In this document: one piece after another, positions 1-12,508 of the stretch | How the letters are laid out: each line of letters begins with the position of its first letter | How positions within the stretch are numbered: the first letter of the stretch is position 1 | Origin: Actinoallomurus sp. | GTDB lineage: Bacteria > Actinomycetota > Actinomycetes > Streptosporangiales > Streptosporangiaceae | Assembly: GCA_035643735.1 (NCBI GenBank) | Contig: DASQPY010000105.1 | Coordinates: forward strand, 1-40,788 | Length of the DNA: 40,788 nt | Direction of reading: 5' to 3' | Position numbers and translations under genes: made by a program | Notes under the pieces: generated by a model | The model's database searches: none | What the model saw: the letters and a program-made list of their open reading frames with translations, nothing else | What the model was told of the DNA's origin: nothing

Positions 1-186
1 GGGGTCGGCGACTCCGGTTTCGGGCGCATTCACGGCGCCGACGGCCTACGGGAGTTCGCCCGCGCGAAGTCCATCACGCGCCAGCGGTTCTCGTCGGTGA
101 ACCTCACGTCCTTCAGACGGACGGACAAGGACATGGCGAAGGCCCTGCAGCTCGTCAACCTTCTGCACTCCAAGCGCCACAAGTGA
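1..186 (+). CDS. Aldehyde dehydrogenase, C-terminal end (5' partial)
   Basis: Frame 1 reads GVGDSGFGRIHGADGLREFARAKSI...HK*, matching the ALDH C-terminal (FG)GxxxSGxGRxxGxxGLxEF motif; TGA at 184-186. Confidence 0.85.
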   Translation, partial: GVGDSGFGRIHGADGLREFARAKSITRQRFSSVNLTSFRRTDKDMAKALQLVNLLHSKRHK

Positions 187-191
187 GAGTT

Positions 192-223
192 CGGGCCGCC
201 GGGCCCCTACGCCCGGCGGCCCG
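192..223. terminator. GC-rich hairpin between convergent genes
   Basis: 13-bp perfect inverted repeat CGGGCCGCCGGGC / GCCCGGCGGCCCG with a 6-nt loop. Confidence 0.7.
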
Positions 224-228
224 TCTCA

Positions 229-813
229 TCAACCGCTCGCGCGCCGGGCCGCATCGCCGTCCCGGTGCGACCGGCGTTCGCCGATCGCGGTCTCCAGCCG
301 CTCCAGCCGCCGCAGCGACCGCGGCGGGGCGATGCGCGTGTAGGCGATGGCGGCGGCGAAGAAGACGAAGCCGGGAAGCCCGGTCCCGACACGGTCGCTG
401 GTAACACTGGTCAGGTCGGCGACGCCGAGCAGGGCGATCGTCCATGGGCCGTATCTCGCCTGCCACCGCAGGAGACGGCGCTTCCGGGCGGTCATCGCGA
501 GGACGGCCCGGTCCAGTACGGGGTCGGCCGGGGCCTCGCCGGAACGGTAGGCCCGCGCCATGGCGATCCGCTCGGTCCTGGTCCACATACGGCGGAATCG
601 CCGGTCCGCGAGGCCCGCGGCCGTCAGGACGGCCGCGAACGCCCCGGCCGCGAGCCCGCCGGACAGGTCCACGGCCGTACTCGCCTCGGGCGCGGCCAGC
701 CTCAGGAACGCGCCGAACCCGGCCGTCGTGACGACGAGACAGCACAGCGCGGCGGCCCACAGCGGCATGATGGCGGGCCTTCTCACCGGCATGGACTCCG
801 CATCTCCCGACAT
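229..813 (-). CDS. Hypothetical membrane protein (about 4 TM segments)
   Basis: 194-aa ORF with four hydrophobic stretches separated by Arg-rich loops; start uncertain (813 or 792). Confidence 0.65.
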   Translation of the reverse strand: MSGDAESMPVRRPAIMPLWAAALCCLVVTTAGFGAFLRLAAPEASTAVDLSGGLAAGAFAAVLTAAGLADRRFRRMWTRTERIAMARAYRSGEAPADPVLDRAVLAMTARKRRLLRWQARYGPWTIALLGVADLTSVTSDRVGTGLPGFVFFAAAIAYTRIAPPRSLRRLERLETAIGERRSHRDGDAARRASG

Positions 814-839
814 AGCGGAGCAACGGTACTAGAGCGCCC

Positions 840-929
840 TCAGGACGTGCGTACCGATTCCCCGAGGGGGTAGGTGACGCCGGTCAGCCGTTCGGACTCC
901 TGCCACAGACGGCGTTGCGCCGCGGTGTC
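840..929 (-). pseudogene. C-terminal remnant of an SDR-family oxidoreductase
   Basis: Reads [21 protein letters not shown]...*, the typical tail of WWOX/retinol-dehydrogenase-like SDRs; no Rossmann N-terminus upstream. Confidence 0.6.
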
Positions 930-1010
930 GGTCGAAGTCGATGGTGCCGCGCCGGTTGCCCGGATCCTGCTCGACCGCCGTTGCGGCGTCGTGGGCCTCG
1001 GCGAGAGCGT

Positions 1011-1568
1011 CCGCCTGCACAGGTCGACGACGCCACCGACACGTACGCGTGCCTGCTCGGCCAGGGGATCGACGCACGTCACATCGCGGTCGCCGGGGAC
1101 TCCTCCGGTGGCGGGCTGGCCATCACCACTATGCTGCGCGCGCGGCAGCGTGGGCTGCCGCCGCCGGCCGCGTCCATGCCGCTCTCCCCCTGGGTGGACA
1201 TGGAGGTCCTCGGCGGATCGTACGAGTCGAACCGGGACAAGGACGCCTTCTTCTACCGCGAGGTCGTACGGGGACTGGCGGACCTGTTCCTCGGGACGGG
1301 CGGCGATCCGCGTGATCCCCTGGCCAACCCGCTTTACGCCGACCTCACCGGTCTGCCGCCGATCTACATCCAGGCGGGCGGCGACGAGACACTGGTGGAT
1401 GACGCGCACCTGCTCGACGAACACACGCGCAAGGCGGGCGTGGAGGTGCGGCTCGACGTCTTCCCCGGCCAGCAGCACACCTTCCAGATGGCCGCGGGGC
1501 GCGCGCCCGAGGCGGACGAGGCGATCAGAGCGCTGGCCGGGTGGGTACGCCCGAGGCTCGGCCTCTGA
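1011..1568 (+). pseudogene. HSL-family alpha/beta hydrolase (esterase), 5'-truncated
   Basis: PAQVDDA, nucleophile GDSSGG, SPWVD, E-x-L-x-DD and HTF motifs present; the HGGG oxyanion and YRLAPE region is missing. Confidence 0.75.
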
Positions 1569-1593
1569 CCGGCCCGCTTCCGACGCGAGAGGG

Positions 1594-2592
1594 ATGATGA
1601 TGCCGAGCACGGGGACCGAGCGGGAGAGCGCGGAGTTCGGCCGGCTCACCGAGCCGTTCCGGCGCGAACTGCCGGCGCACTGCTATCGCATGCTCGGCTC
1701 ACTGGACGAGGCCGAGGACCTCGTCCAGGAGACCTACCTGCGGGCGTGGCGTTCGTACGGCGGGTTCGAGGGACGGTCGTCGCTGCGGGTCTGGCTCTAC
1801 CGGATCGCCACCAACGTCTGCCTGACGGCGATGGAGCACCGTGGCCGGCGGCCGCTGCCGTCCGGGCTCGGCGGCCCCGGCGAGGACCCCGACGGAGCTC
1901 CCGTCATGGCGGGCCCCGAGATCGGCTGGCTCCAGCCGATCCCGGACGCACGGGTGACGCCGGAGGCTGCGGACCCGGCGGCCATCGTCGCCCTGCGGGA
2001 AAGTCTCCGGCTCGCCCTCGTCGCCAGCCTGCAGTACCTGCCCGCGCGGCAGCGGGCCGTGCTCATCCTGCGGGAGGTGCTGGCCTTCCGTGCCGCCGAG
2101 GTCGCCGTGATGCTGGACACGACGACGGCGGCGGTCAAGAGCACACTGCAGCGGGCACGCGCCCGGCTCGACGAGGTGGGCGTGGCCACGGAACAGGTCG
2201 GCGAACCCGACGATCCGCGGTCCCGTGCCCTCCTCGAGGCCTACATCGCCGCCTTCGAGAACGCCGACGCGGCGGCCCTCGAACGGGTGCTGCGCGAGGA
2301 CGCGACCCTGGAGGCGGTGCCGTCCCGTACGTGGTTCGCCGGCCGCCGCACCTGCATGCGCCACATCGCGCGGTTCCTTGGCGCTCCCGGGGACTGGCGG
2401 ATGGTCCCCGTCGCCGCCAACGGCCAGCCCGCGGCCGCGGCCTACCTCCGTGGCGACGACGGTGTGCACCGGGCGTTCGGGGTCGCCGTACTCACCACGA
2501 CGCCCACCGGGATCGCCCGCGTCGTGGTGTTCGGCGACCCCGGGCTGACGGCCGGATTCGACCCTCCTCCAAGGCCGTCTAAGGCCCCCTGA
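1594..2592 (+). CDS. ECF sigma factor, SigG-like, with C-terminal SnoaL-like domain
   Basis: [25 protein letters not shown], [11 protein letters not shown], region 4 [15 protein letters not shown]...VKSTLQRAR and C-terminal ANGQPA. Start at one of three tandem ATGs (1594/1597/1600) after GAGAGG. Confidence 0.9.
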   Translation: MMMPSTGTERESAEFGRLTEPFRRELPAHCYRMLGSLDEAEDLVQETYLRAWRSYGGFEGRSSLRVWLYRIATNVCLTAMEHRGRRPLPSGLGGPGEDPDGAPVMAGPEIGWLQPIPDARVTPEAADPAAIVALRESLRLALVASLQYLPARQRAVLILREVLAFRAAEVAVMLDTTTAAVKSTLQRARARLDEVGVATEQVGEPDDPRSRALLEAYIAAFENADAAALERVLREDATLEAVPSRTWFAGRRTCMRHIARFLGAPGDWRMVPVAANGQPAAAAYLRGDDGVHRAFGVAVLTTTPTGIARVVVFGDPGLTAGFDPPPRPSKAP

Positions 2593-2640
2593 GGCGGTCT
2601 AAGGCGCCCTCAGGAGGCCTGAGGCGGTATCCGCCTGAGA
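2569..2640. repeat. 10-bp-phased array of CTNAGG motifs
   Basis: CCAAGG 2569, CTAAGG 2579, CTGAGG 2589, CTAAGG 2599, CTCAGG 2609, CTGAGG 2619, plus an out-of-phase CTGAGA at 2635. Confidence 0.75.
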
Positions 2641-2735
2641 GATAGTGCATCGTCCCAATGTGGGGGCACCGGGCTTAGCGCGAATCTTGGTACTGCGAGG
2701 CCGGATCGACCGGTTCGCAGCAGGAGGAGCCGGAA

Positions 2736-2837
2736 ATGCATCCCGACATCATCAGGGCACTCATCAACGAGCACGTCCGTGACCTCGGCGCCGACGCCCA
2801 GATCGGCCGCCGGGCGCGGAAGAGCCGCGCGCGGTGA
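2736..2837 (+). CDS. 33-aa small protein MHPDIIRALINEHVRDLGADAQIGRRARKSRAR (not in ORF track)
   Basis: Strong RBS AGGAGGAG upstream of the ATG, mostly G/C third codon positions, and a terminator hairpin just downstream. Confidence 0.7.
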   Translation: MHPDIIRALINEHVRDLGADAQIGRRARKSRAR

Positions 2838-2859
2838 ACCCGCGTCGGCCCGCTCAGCC

Positions 2860-2900
2860 GAATCCCGCCCACGCCGGAACCTCCCGGCCGGGCGGGATTC
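2860..2900. terminator. Intrinsic terminator after the small ORF
   Basis: 11-bp inverted repeat GAATCCCGCCC / GGGCGGGATTC followed by TTC. Confidence 0.65.
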
Positions 2901-2961
2901 TTCGTCTGCGCCCGGCGTTGAGCACGGGATGAGGTCGACCGGGCGTCCGTTTCTTCTCCGG

Positions 2962-3366
2962 CTACTCGTTCCCACCGAGCCGGAGGGAATCCTTGATCTG
3001 GCCGAGCTTCGCGGCCGTCTCCGGGGTCCACTCCTTCTGCTGTCCACTCCGGCGGAGGGCATCCTCGACCTCGCTGAGCCTCGCGGAGGACAGGACGCCG
3101 GCCCGCTCGATCAGATCGTCCCGGGACACGGTGGTCAGCCAGGTGCACGGGGTGAAGCCCGGACGCGGGAAGGCGAACCGCAGCACGCCGTCGAAGGGCA
3201 GTCCGTCGAGGGCGCCGACGGCCACTTCGACACCCAGACCGCCGATGTCGACGCCCGCCGGAGCGACGACCTGCATCACCCGGAACCCGCACGCCTCTTC
3301 ACCCGAAAGCAGTACGACCGGCCGTCGCTCGTCGAAGTCCACCCACCAGACCTCGCCACGCCGCAT
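2962..3366 (-). CDS. PemK/MazF-like protein (divergent, no adjacent antitoxin)
   Basis: N-terminal MRRGEVWWVDF..RRPVVLLS and later L.ER.GVLSSARLSEVEDALR; RBS GGGGAGGA. Confidence 0.75.
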   Translation of the reverse strand: MRRGEVWWVDFDERRPVVLLSGEEACGFRVMQVVAPAGVDIGGLGVEVAVGALDGLPFDGVLRFAFPRPGFTPCTWLTTVSRDDLIERAGVLSSARLSEVEDALRRSGQQKEWTPETAAKLGQIKDSLRLGGNE

Positions 3367-3389
3367 ATGTCCTCCCCGGACAGGGGTCG

Positions 3390-3416
3390 TAGGGCGTGTC
3401 TGTCAGACACGCCTAG
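3390..3416. mobile_element. Collapsed inverted-repeat element / IS footprint flanked by TAG
   Basis: TAG-GGCGTGTCTG-T-CAGACACGCC-TAG: 10-bp IR with TAG on both sides, overlapping the GMC gene stop codon. Confidence 0.5.
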
Positions 3417-5032
3417 GCCTGGTCGGCGGCCGGCAGCAGGCGGTCGGCGGTGGCCAGGTCCGCGGCCGGCAGCAGCGGGGTGCCCGCGATCAGATCGGCG
3501 GCGCGCTCGGCGATCGCGATGGTCGGAGCGTTGGTGTTGCCGCGCGGCACGGCCGGCATGACCGAGGCGTCAACGACCCGCAGTCCGTCCACGCCGCGTA
3601 CGCGCAGCTCCGGGTCGCACACCGACGCGTCGGTGCCGCCCATCGCGCACGTGCTCGTCGGGTGGTACAGCGTCACGACCTCGTGGCGGATCCAGTCGGT
3701 CACGTCGATGCCCTCGCCGGGAGCCGCCTCGCCGCCACTGATCCGCGCGAACGGGCGGTTCGCCGCGATCTCCCTGGCCTGGCCGACACCCGCGAGGAGT
3801 ACCTCCAGGTCGGCGGGGTCGCTCAGGTACGCCGGGTCGATCAGCGGCTTCCAGCGCGGGTCGGCCGACCGCAGGGTGATGCTGCCGCGGCTGGCCACCG
3901 AGACCACCGTGGCGAAGACGGAGATCATCCGCTCGGCGACGTCGACCAGGCCCTGACCGACGTACGGAGTGCCGAGCACGTGGTACTGCAGGTCGGGTGC
4001 CGGCAGGCCCGGTGTGGTCCGGACGAACCCGCCGGCCTCGGCCACGTTGGAGGCGTACGGGCCGCGGCCCAGCGTCTGCCAGAGCATGAGGTTGCGCAGG
4101 TTGGCGACCTCCCACACCGACTTGGTCCCGGGCGTGTGCCACCGCACCGGCACGATGGGGTGGTCCTGCAGCCCGGTGCCGACCGAGGGCAGGTCCGCGA
4201 CGACGTCGATGCCGAGCGAGCGCAGGTGGTCCGCGGGGCCGAGCCCGGACAGCATGAGCAGCTGGGGTGAGTTGACCGCCCCGCCGCACAAGATGACCTC
4301 ACGCTGGGCGATCGCCTCCTCCTCGCGGCCGCCGGTCACGTAGCGGACGCCGGTCGCGCGGCCGTTCTCCACCAGGACCTTCGTCGTGAGCGCGTCGGTC
4401 TGGACGGTGAGGTTGGGGCGGTCGAGGGCCGGCCGGAGGTAGGCGTCGGCCGTCGAGCAGCGCCGTCCGCGCCGCTGGGTGACCTGGTAGTAGCCGACAC
4501 CCTCCTGCTCGGCGCCGTTGAAGTCGTTGTTGGCCGGCAGGCCGAAGGCCTTCGCCGACTCGACCCACGACCGGGTCAGCGGGTGCTTGTAGCGTAGGTC
4601 CTCCACCCGCAGCGGTCCGCCGACGCCGTGAAACTCCGACTCGCCCCGCTGCTGGTCCTCGGCACGGCGGAAGTAAGGCAACAGGTTGGCATAGCCCCAG
4701 CCCTTGCAGCCGTAATCGTCCCGCCAGGTGTCATAGTCGTGCCGATGACCACGGATGTAGATCATCGCGTTGGTGGACGAGCTCCCACCCAGCGTGCGCC
4801 CGCGCGGCCAGTAGACGCCGCGTCCCTGCGCATGCTCCTGGGGCGTCGTCGTGTAGTTCCAGTCGTAGGGGCCCTTGAAGAGCGCCTGCAGGCCGGCCGG
4901 GATCTGGATCTCGGGCCCGTCGTCAGGCGGGCCGGCCTCCAACAGGAGCACGCGGGCACTGGAGTCGGCGCTGAGCCGGGCGGCGAGTACACAGCCCGCG
5001 CTACCGGCACCCACGATGACGTAGTCGTACAC
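3413..5032 (-). CDS. GMC-family FAD oxidoreductase (choline/alcohol dehydrogenase-like)
   Basis: YDYVIVGAGSAGC, GRTLGGSSSTNAMIY, GAVNSPQLLMLSG, YHPTSTCAMG and GNTNAP motifs; GTG start at 5032 after GGAGG. Confidence 0.93.
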   Translation of the reverse strand: MYDYVIVGAGSAGCVLAARLSADSSARVLLLEAGPPDDGPEIQIPAGLQALFKGPYDWNYTTTPQEHAQGRGVYWPRGRTLGGSSSTNAMIYIRGHRHDYDTWRDDYGCKGWGYANLLPYFRRAEDQQRGESEFHGVGGPLRVEDLRYKHPLTRSWVESAKAFGLPANNDFNGAEQEGVGYYQVTQRRGRRCSTADAYLRPALDRPNLTVQTDALTTKVLVENGRATGVRYVTGGREEEAIAQREVILCGGAVNSPQLLMLSGLGPADHLRSLGIDVVADLPSVGTGLQDHPIVPVRWHTPGTKSVWEVANLRNLMLWQTLGRGPYASNVAEAGGFVRTTPGLPAPDLQYHVLGTPYVGQGLVDVAERMISVFATVVSVASRGSITLRSADPRWKPLIDPAYLSDPADLEVLLAGVGQAREIAANRPFARISGGEAAPGEGIDVTDWIRHEVVTLYHPTSTCAMGGTDASVCDPELRVRGVDGLRVVDASVMPAVPRGNTNAPTIAIAERAADLIAGTPLLPAADLATADRLLPAADQA

Positions 5033-5227
5033 GGCGGCCTCCGGGGCTTGGGGGAACCTCGGCAAACCATATCGATATCGGCATGTTCAGGGGCAGTCCA
5101 CCGAACGCGGTTCTAGAGAAACAGAGTTCCATCTCCACAACTAGTAGATCTCGACGGCCGACAGGGGGATGACTCGAATGTCAACCTGATGTGCATTACC
5201 TCAGCTTTACCTTTAGAAGGGGCGCTC

Positions 5228-6727
5228 GTGCGCAGAATCGCCATCGGTACCCTCGTCGGCCTCGCCGCCGCGTCGATCATGACAGCGGCCCCCGTGGACG
5301 CGGCCGGACATCCTCACCTGGACAAGCTGGTCAAACTCCAGGACATCCGCAGACACCAGCACGACCTCCAGACGATCGCCACGTACAACGGCGGCACCCG
5401 CGCCGCCGGAGAGCCCGGCTTCGAGGTCTCGACCCAGTACATCGTCAAGCAGCTCAAGAAGGCCGGCTACCAGCCGACGGTGCAGGACTTCCCGTTCGCC
5501 TACTACAAGGAGCGGACGCCGGCGGTCTTCGAGCAGCCCGGCGGGCCGTCCTACACCTACGGCACCGACTACGACACCCTCGACTACTCCGGCTCGGGTG
5601 ACGTCACCGCGGTTGCCCGCGGCATCGACCCGGATGGCGCCGGGGTGGGCAGCGGTTGTGAGCCCGCCGACTTCACCGGACTCGGCAAGGGTGAGATCGC
5701 GCTGGTCAAGCGGGGCGGTTGCACCTTCTCCGACAAGACGAGCAACGCGCAGACCGCCGGTGCCGCCGCCATCGCGATCTACAACGACGGCACCGCGCCG
5801 GACCGTACCGGACCGGTGTCCGGCACGGCGGGCCAGGCCTGGCAGATACCGGTCATCGGCCCGAGCTTCCGACTCGGCACCGACCTGGTGAAGGCCGCCG
5901 CCTCGGGCACGCTGAAGCTGCACGTCAAGACCAGCACGATCAGCGAGCAGCGCACCGCGCACAACGTGATCGCCGACACCGAGCGCGGGCGCGCCGACAA
6001 CGTAGTCGTCATGGGCGCCCACCTCGACAGCGTCACCAAGGGCCCCGGCATCAACGACAACGGCAGTGGCACCGCCACGGTCCTCACCGTCGCCGAGCAG
6101 ATCGCCCGGCTCGGCGACCAGGTCAAGAACAAGGTGCGGTTCGCCTTCTGGGGCGCCGAGGAGGAGGGCCTGCTCGGCTCGACCTACTACGTCACGCACC
6201 TGACCGCCGCGCAGCGGGCCACGATCGCGCTCAACCTCAACTTCGACATGCTCGGCTCGCCCAACGGCCGCCGCGGAGTCTACGACGGCGACGACTCCGA
6301 AGGTACCGGCACCAACCCGCCCGCCGGATCGGGAGCGATCGAGAAGGTCTTCGCCGACTACTACGGCGCGCGCAAGCTGCAGACCACACCGAGCACGTTC
6401 GACGGGCGCTCCGACTACGGGCCGTTCATCAGCAACGGCATCCCGGCCGGCGGTCTGGACTCCGGCGCCGAGAAGCTGAAGACGGCCGAGGAGGCGAAGA
6501 TCTACGGCGGCGAGGCCGGGAAGCCGTACGACGGCTGCTACCACCAGGCCTGCGACACCTACGCCAACAACAACGACACGATCCTCGACCAGCTCTCCGA
6601 CGGCGCGGCGCACGCCGTCGAGGTGTTCGCCAAGAGCACGCTGCCGGTCAACGGCGACCGCTTCGCGGCCCGCACGGCGCTGCTGCCCCAGACGAAGCGG
6701 GCCCCCGCGAACCTGGTCACCAGCTGA
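5228..6727 (+). CDS. Secreted M28 aminopeptidase with PA domain
   Basis: Signal peptide, PA domain (IALVKRGGCTFSDK), zinc motifs GAHLDSV, NDNGSG, AEEEGL, NFDM and YHQACD. Confidence 0.92.
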   Translation: MRRIAIGTLVGLAAASIMTAAPVDAAGHPHLDKLVKLQDIRRHQHDLQTIATYNGGTRAAGEPGFEVSTQYIVKQLKKAGYQPTVQDFPFAYYKERTPAVFEQPGGPSYTYGTDYDTLDYSGSGDVTAVARGIDPDGAGVGSGCEPADFTGLGKGEIALVKRGGCTFSDKTSNAQTAGAAAIAIYNDGTAPDRTGPVSGTAGQAWQIPVIGPSFRLGTDLVKAAASGTLKLHVKTSTISEQRTAHNVIADTERGRADNVVVMGAHLDSVTKGPGINDNGSGTATVLTVAEQIARLGDQVKNKVRFAFWGAEEEGLLGSTYYVTHLTAAQRATIALNLNFDMLGSPNGRRGVYDGDDSEGTGTNPPAGSGAIEKVFADYYGARKLQTTPSTFDGRSDYGPFISNGIPAGGLDSGAEKLKTAEEAKIYGGEAGKPYDGCYHQACDTYANNNDTILDQLSDGAAHAVEVFAKSTLPVNGDRFAARTALLPQTKRAPANLVTS

Positions 6728-6733
6728 GGAGGG

Positions 6734-6773
6734 GCGTACCCCGGCCGCTCCGCGCGGTGCGGCCGGGGTACGC
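6734..6773 (+). terminator. Terminator hairpin after the aminopeptidase
   Basis: 15-bp inverted repeat GCGTACCCCGGCCGC / GCGGCCGGGGTACGC; a second 12-bp IR follows at 6780-6818. Confidence 0.7.
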
Positions 6774-6961
6774 GATATCGTGGCGCCCGGCACGCCCCTG
6801 AGGTCCGCCGGGCGCCACTTGTCAGGCCGGCCCGCGCGAAGACGGTACGGCTGTCACCTGGGAAGACGCCATTGACGGTGCCCGGCGTTGCCTGCGCCGG
6901 CGAAATTCACGCCGGCGGGTGCCCGAGCCGTCTGGTCACGGTCCTCGTTAGGGTTGGGGCC

Positions 6962-7555
6962 ATGGCCAAGGACCGCGACGACCAGCCGGTCGTGCTCTCG
7001 AAGATCTACACCCGTACCGGTGACGACGGCACGACCAACCTCGGCGACATGAGCCGTACCTCCAAGAACGACCCGAGGCTCGTGGCGTACGCGGACGTCG
7101 ACGAGGCCAACAGCGCGATCGGCGTGGCGATCACGCTGGGCGGGCTGCCGGAGGAGATCGCCACGCTGCTCCAGCGCGTGCAGAACGAGCTGTTCGACGT
7201 GGGCGCGGACCTGTGCACGCCCGTCGTGGAGGCCCCGGAGTTTCCTCCGCTGCGGGTCACCGCGGAATACGTCGACCGGCTGGAGGCGGCCTGCGACACG
7301 CACAACGAAGAGCTGCCGACGCTGCGCAGCTTCATCCTTCCCGGCGGCACCGCCGGCGCGGCGCTGCTGCACGTGGCCCGTACGACCGTACGCCGGGCCG
7401 AGCGGACGACCTGGGCGGCCCTCGACACCTACGACGACATGAACCCACTCACCGCGCGCTATCTCAACCGCCTGTCCGACCTGCTGTTCATCCTCGGCCG
7501 GGTGGCCAACGCCGACCATGGCGACGTGCTGTGGAAGCCGGGCGGCGAGCGCTGA
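6962..7555 (+). CDS. PduO-type ATP:cob(I)alamin adenosyltransferase
   Basis: KIYTRTGDDGTT, DEANS, RTTVRRAER and YLNRLSDLLF motifs; TAGGGT 7 nt before the ATG suggests a leaderless transcript. Confidence 0.93.
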   Translation: MAKDRDDQPVVLSKIYTRTGDDGTTNLGDMSRTSKNDPRLVAYADVDEANSAIGVAITLGGLPEEIATLLQRVQNELFDVGADLCTPVVEAPEFPPLRVTAEYVDRLEAACDTHNEELPTLRSFILPGGTAGAALLHVARTTVRRAERTTWAALDTYDDMNPLTARYLNRLSDLLFILGRVANADHGDVLWKPGGER

Positions 7556-7577
7556 GGCTCAGAGCCGGCGCGGGGTC

Positions 7578-8015
7578 TTAGTTGAGCGAGGACCCGGGCG
7601 GGGAGGACTCCAGCCAGGCGAGAAACCCCGTCAGCGCCGCACCGCTCATCGCCAGCTCGACGGTGTGCCCGTCGTCTTGGACCTCGACGATGCCGGTGTC
7701 GGGGTGCAGCGCCGCCTCCTCGGCGGCCTCCGGCTGGCGGCGGCCCGCAACGACAAGGCCCCGGCGATGGACGACCCGCCGGGGCCTGAAGCGAAAACCG
7801 AAAATCGCGAACCAGAGCAGCTCGTCACCGTTGTAACGGCCGATGCCGAGCCGCCATACGCCACGGCCGTCCGGCTCACGCAGGCTGCACTCCACCGTGC
7901 CGCCACGGCGTTCGAGCAGCCAGCGCCGGAGCGAGAGCATGGCGAACACGGCGACGACCGCCAGCAGGACAGCGGCAAGGATCCCGCCTACGTTCAGTGC
8001 CAGGTACCCGCCCAC
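7578..8015 (-). CDS. DUF2550-family membrane-anchored protein
   Basis: N-terminal TM, RR..L.R.GG..ECSLR, W.LG.GRY and ALTGFLAWLESSPPG; usual position right after atpC in actinobacteria. Confidence 0.85.
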   Translation of the reverse strand: MGGYLALNVGGILAAVLLAVVAVFAMLSLRRWLLERRGGTVECSLREPDGRGVWRLGIGRYNGDELLWFAIFGFRFRPRRVVHRRGLVVAGRRQPEAAEEAALHPDTGIVEVQDDGHTVELAMSGAALTGFLAWLESSPPGSSLN

Positions 8016-8048
8016 TCCCCCCTGCTCCCCCCGGAGATCGGTAGAAGA

Positions 8049-8438
8049 TCAGACTTCTTCGCCGGCGGCTCTCAGTCGTGCCCGCGCGCGGCGCTGAACC
8101 GCGGCGGCCTCGTCGCCCTCTTGCGCCGAGACGCGTTCGTACTCCTCGCGGGCGGCGCGAACATCGATCTCGCCACCCAGCTCGGCGTACTCGGCGAGCA
8201 CGGACACCTCGTTGGAGGCGACCGAGAAGAACCCACCGGAGACCATGGCCGCGACGACGTCGCCGCCGTCGGCCGGCTTGATGCGCACGACACTACCGTC
8301 CACCATCACGCCGAGGACCGGCGCATGGCCGGGCAGGATGCCCAACTCACCGTCAATGGTCTTGGCGACGACCATATCGGCTTCGCCGGCCCAGATCTCA
8401 CGCTCGGGTGAGACCAGCTCGACGTGCAGCTTCGCCAC
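8049..8438 (-). CDS. atpC: ATP synthase F1 epsilon
   Basis: LHVELVSPEREIW, GELGILPGHAP, VSGGF; operon position. Confidence 0.96.
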   Translation of the reverse strand: MAKLHVELVSPEREIWAGEADMVVAKTIDGELGILPGHAPVLGVMVDGSVVRIKPADGGDVVAAMVSGGFFSVASNEVSVLAEYAELGGEIDVRAAREEYERVSAQEGDEAAAVQRRARARLRAAGEEV

Positions 8439-8466
8439 TTGGCTCTCCTCTTAGTTTCCGGCCGGG

Positions 8467-10829
<2,363 letters not shown>

Positions 10830-10832
10830 CCG

Positions 10833-12470
<1,638 letters not shown>

Positions 12471-12508
12471 GTCTTCTTCGTCTCTCTCCGTGAGTCCAAT
12501 GCGTGGGT

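Noticed and set aside
874-2592. 572-aa ORF suggesting an N-terminally extended sigma factor
   Set aside because: The first 240 codons are an off-frame reading of the esterase region; sigma homology and an RBS begin at 1594.
6780-6960. Cobalamin riboswitch upstream of the adenosyltransferase (GCCAC and GGGAAG present)
   Set aside because: No AGGGAA or B12-box elements; GCCAC is part of a simple 12-bp IR; the gene looks leaderless.
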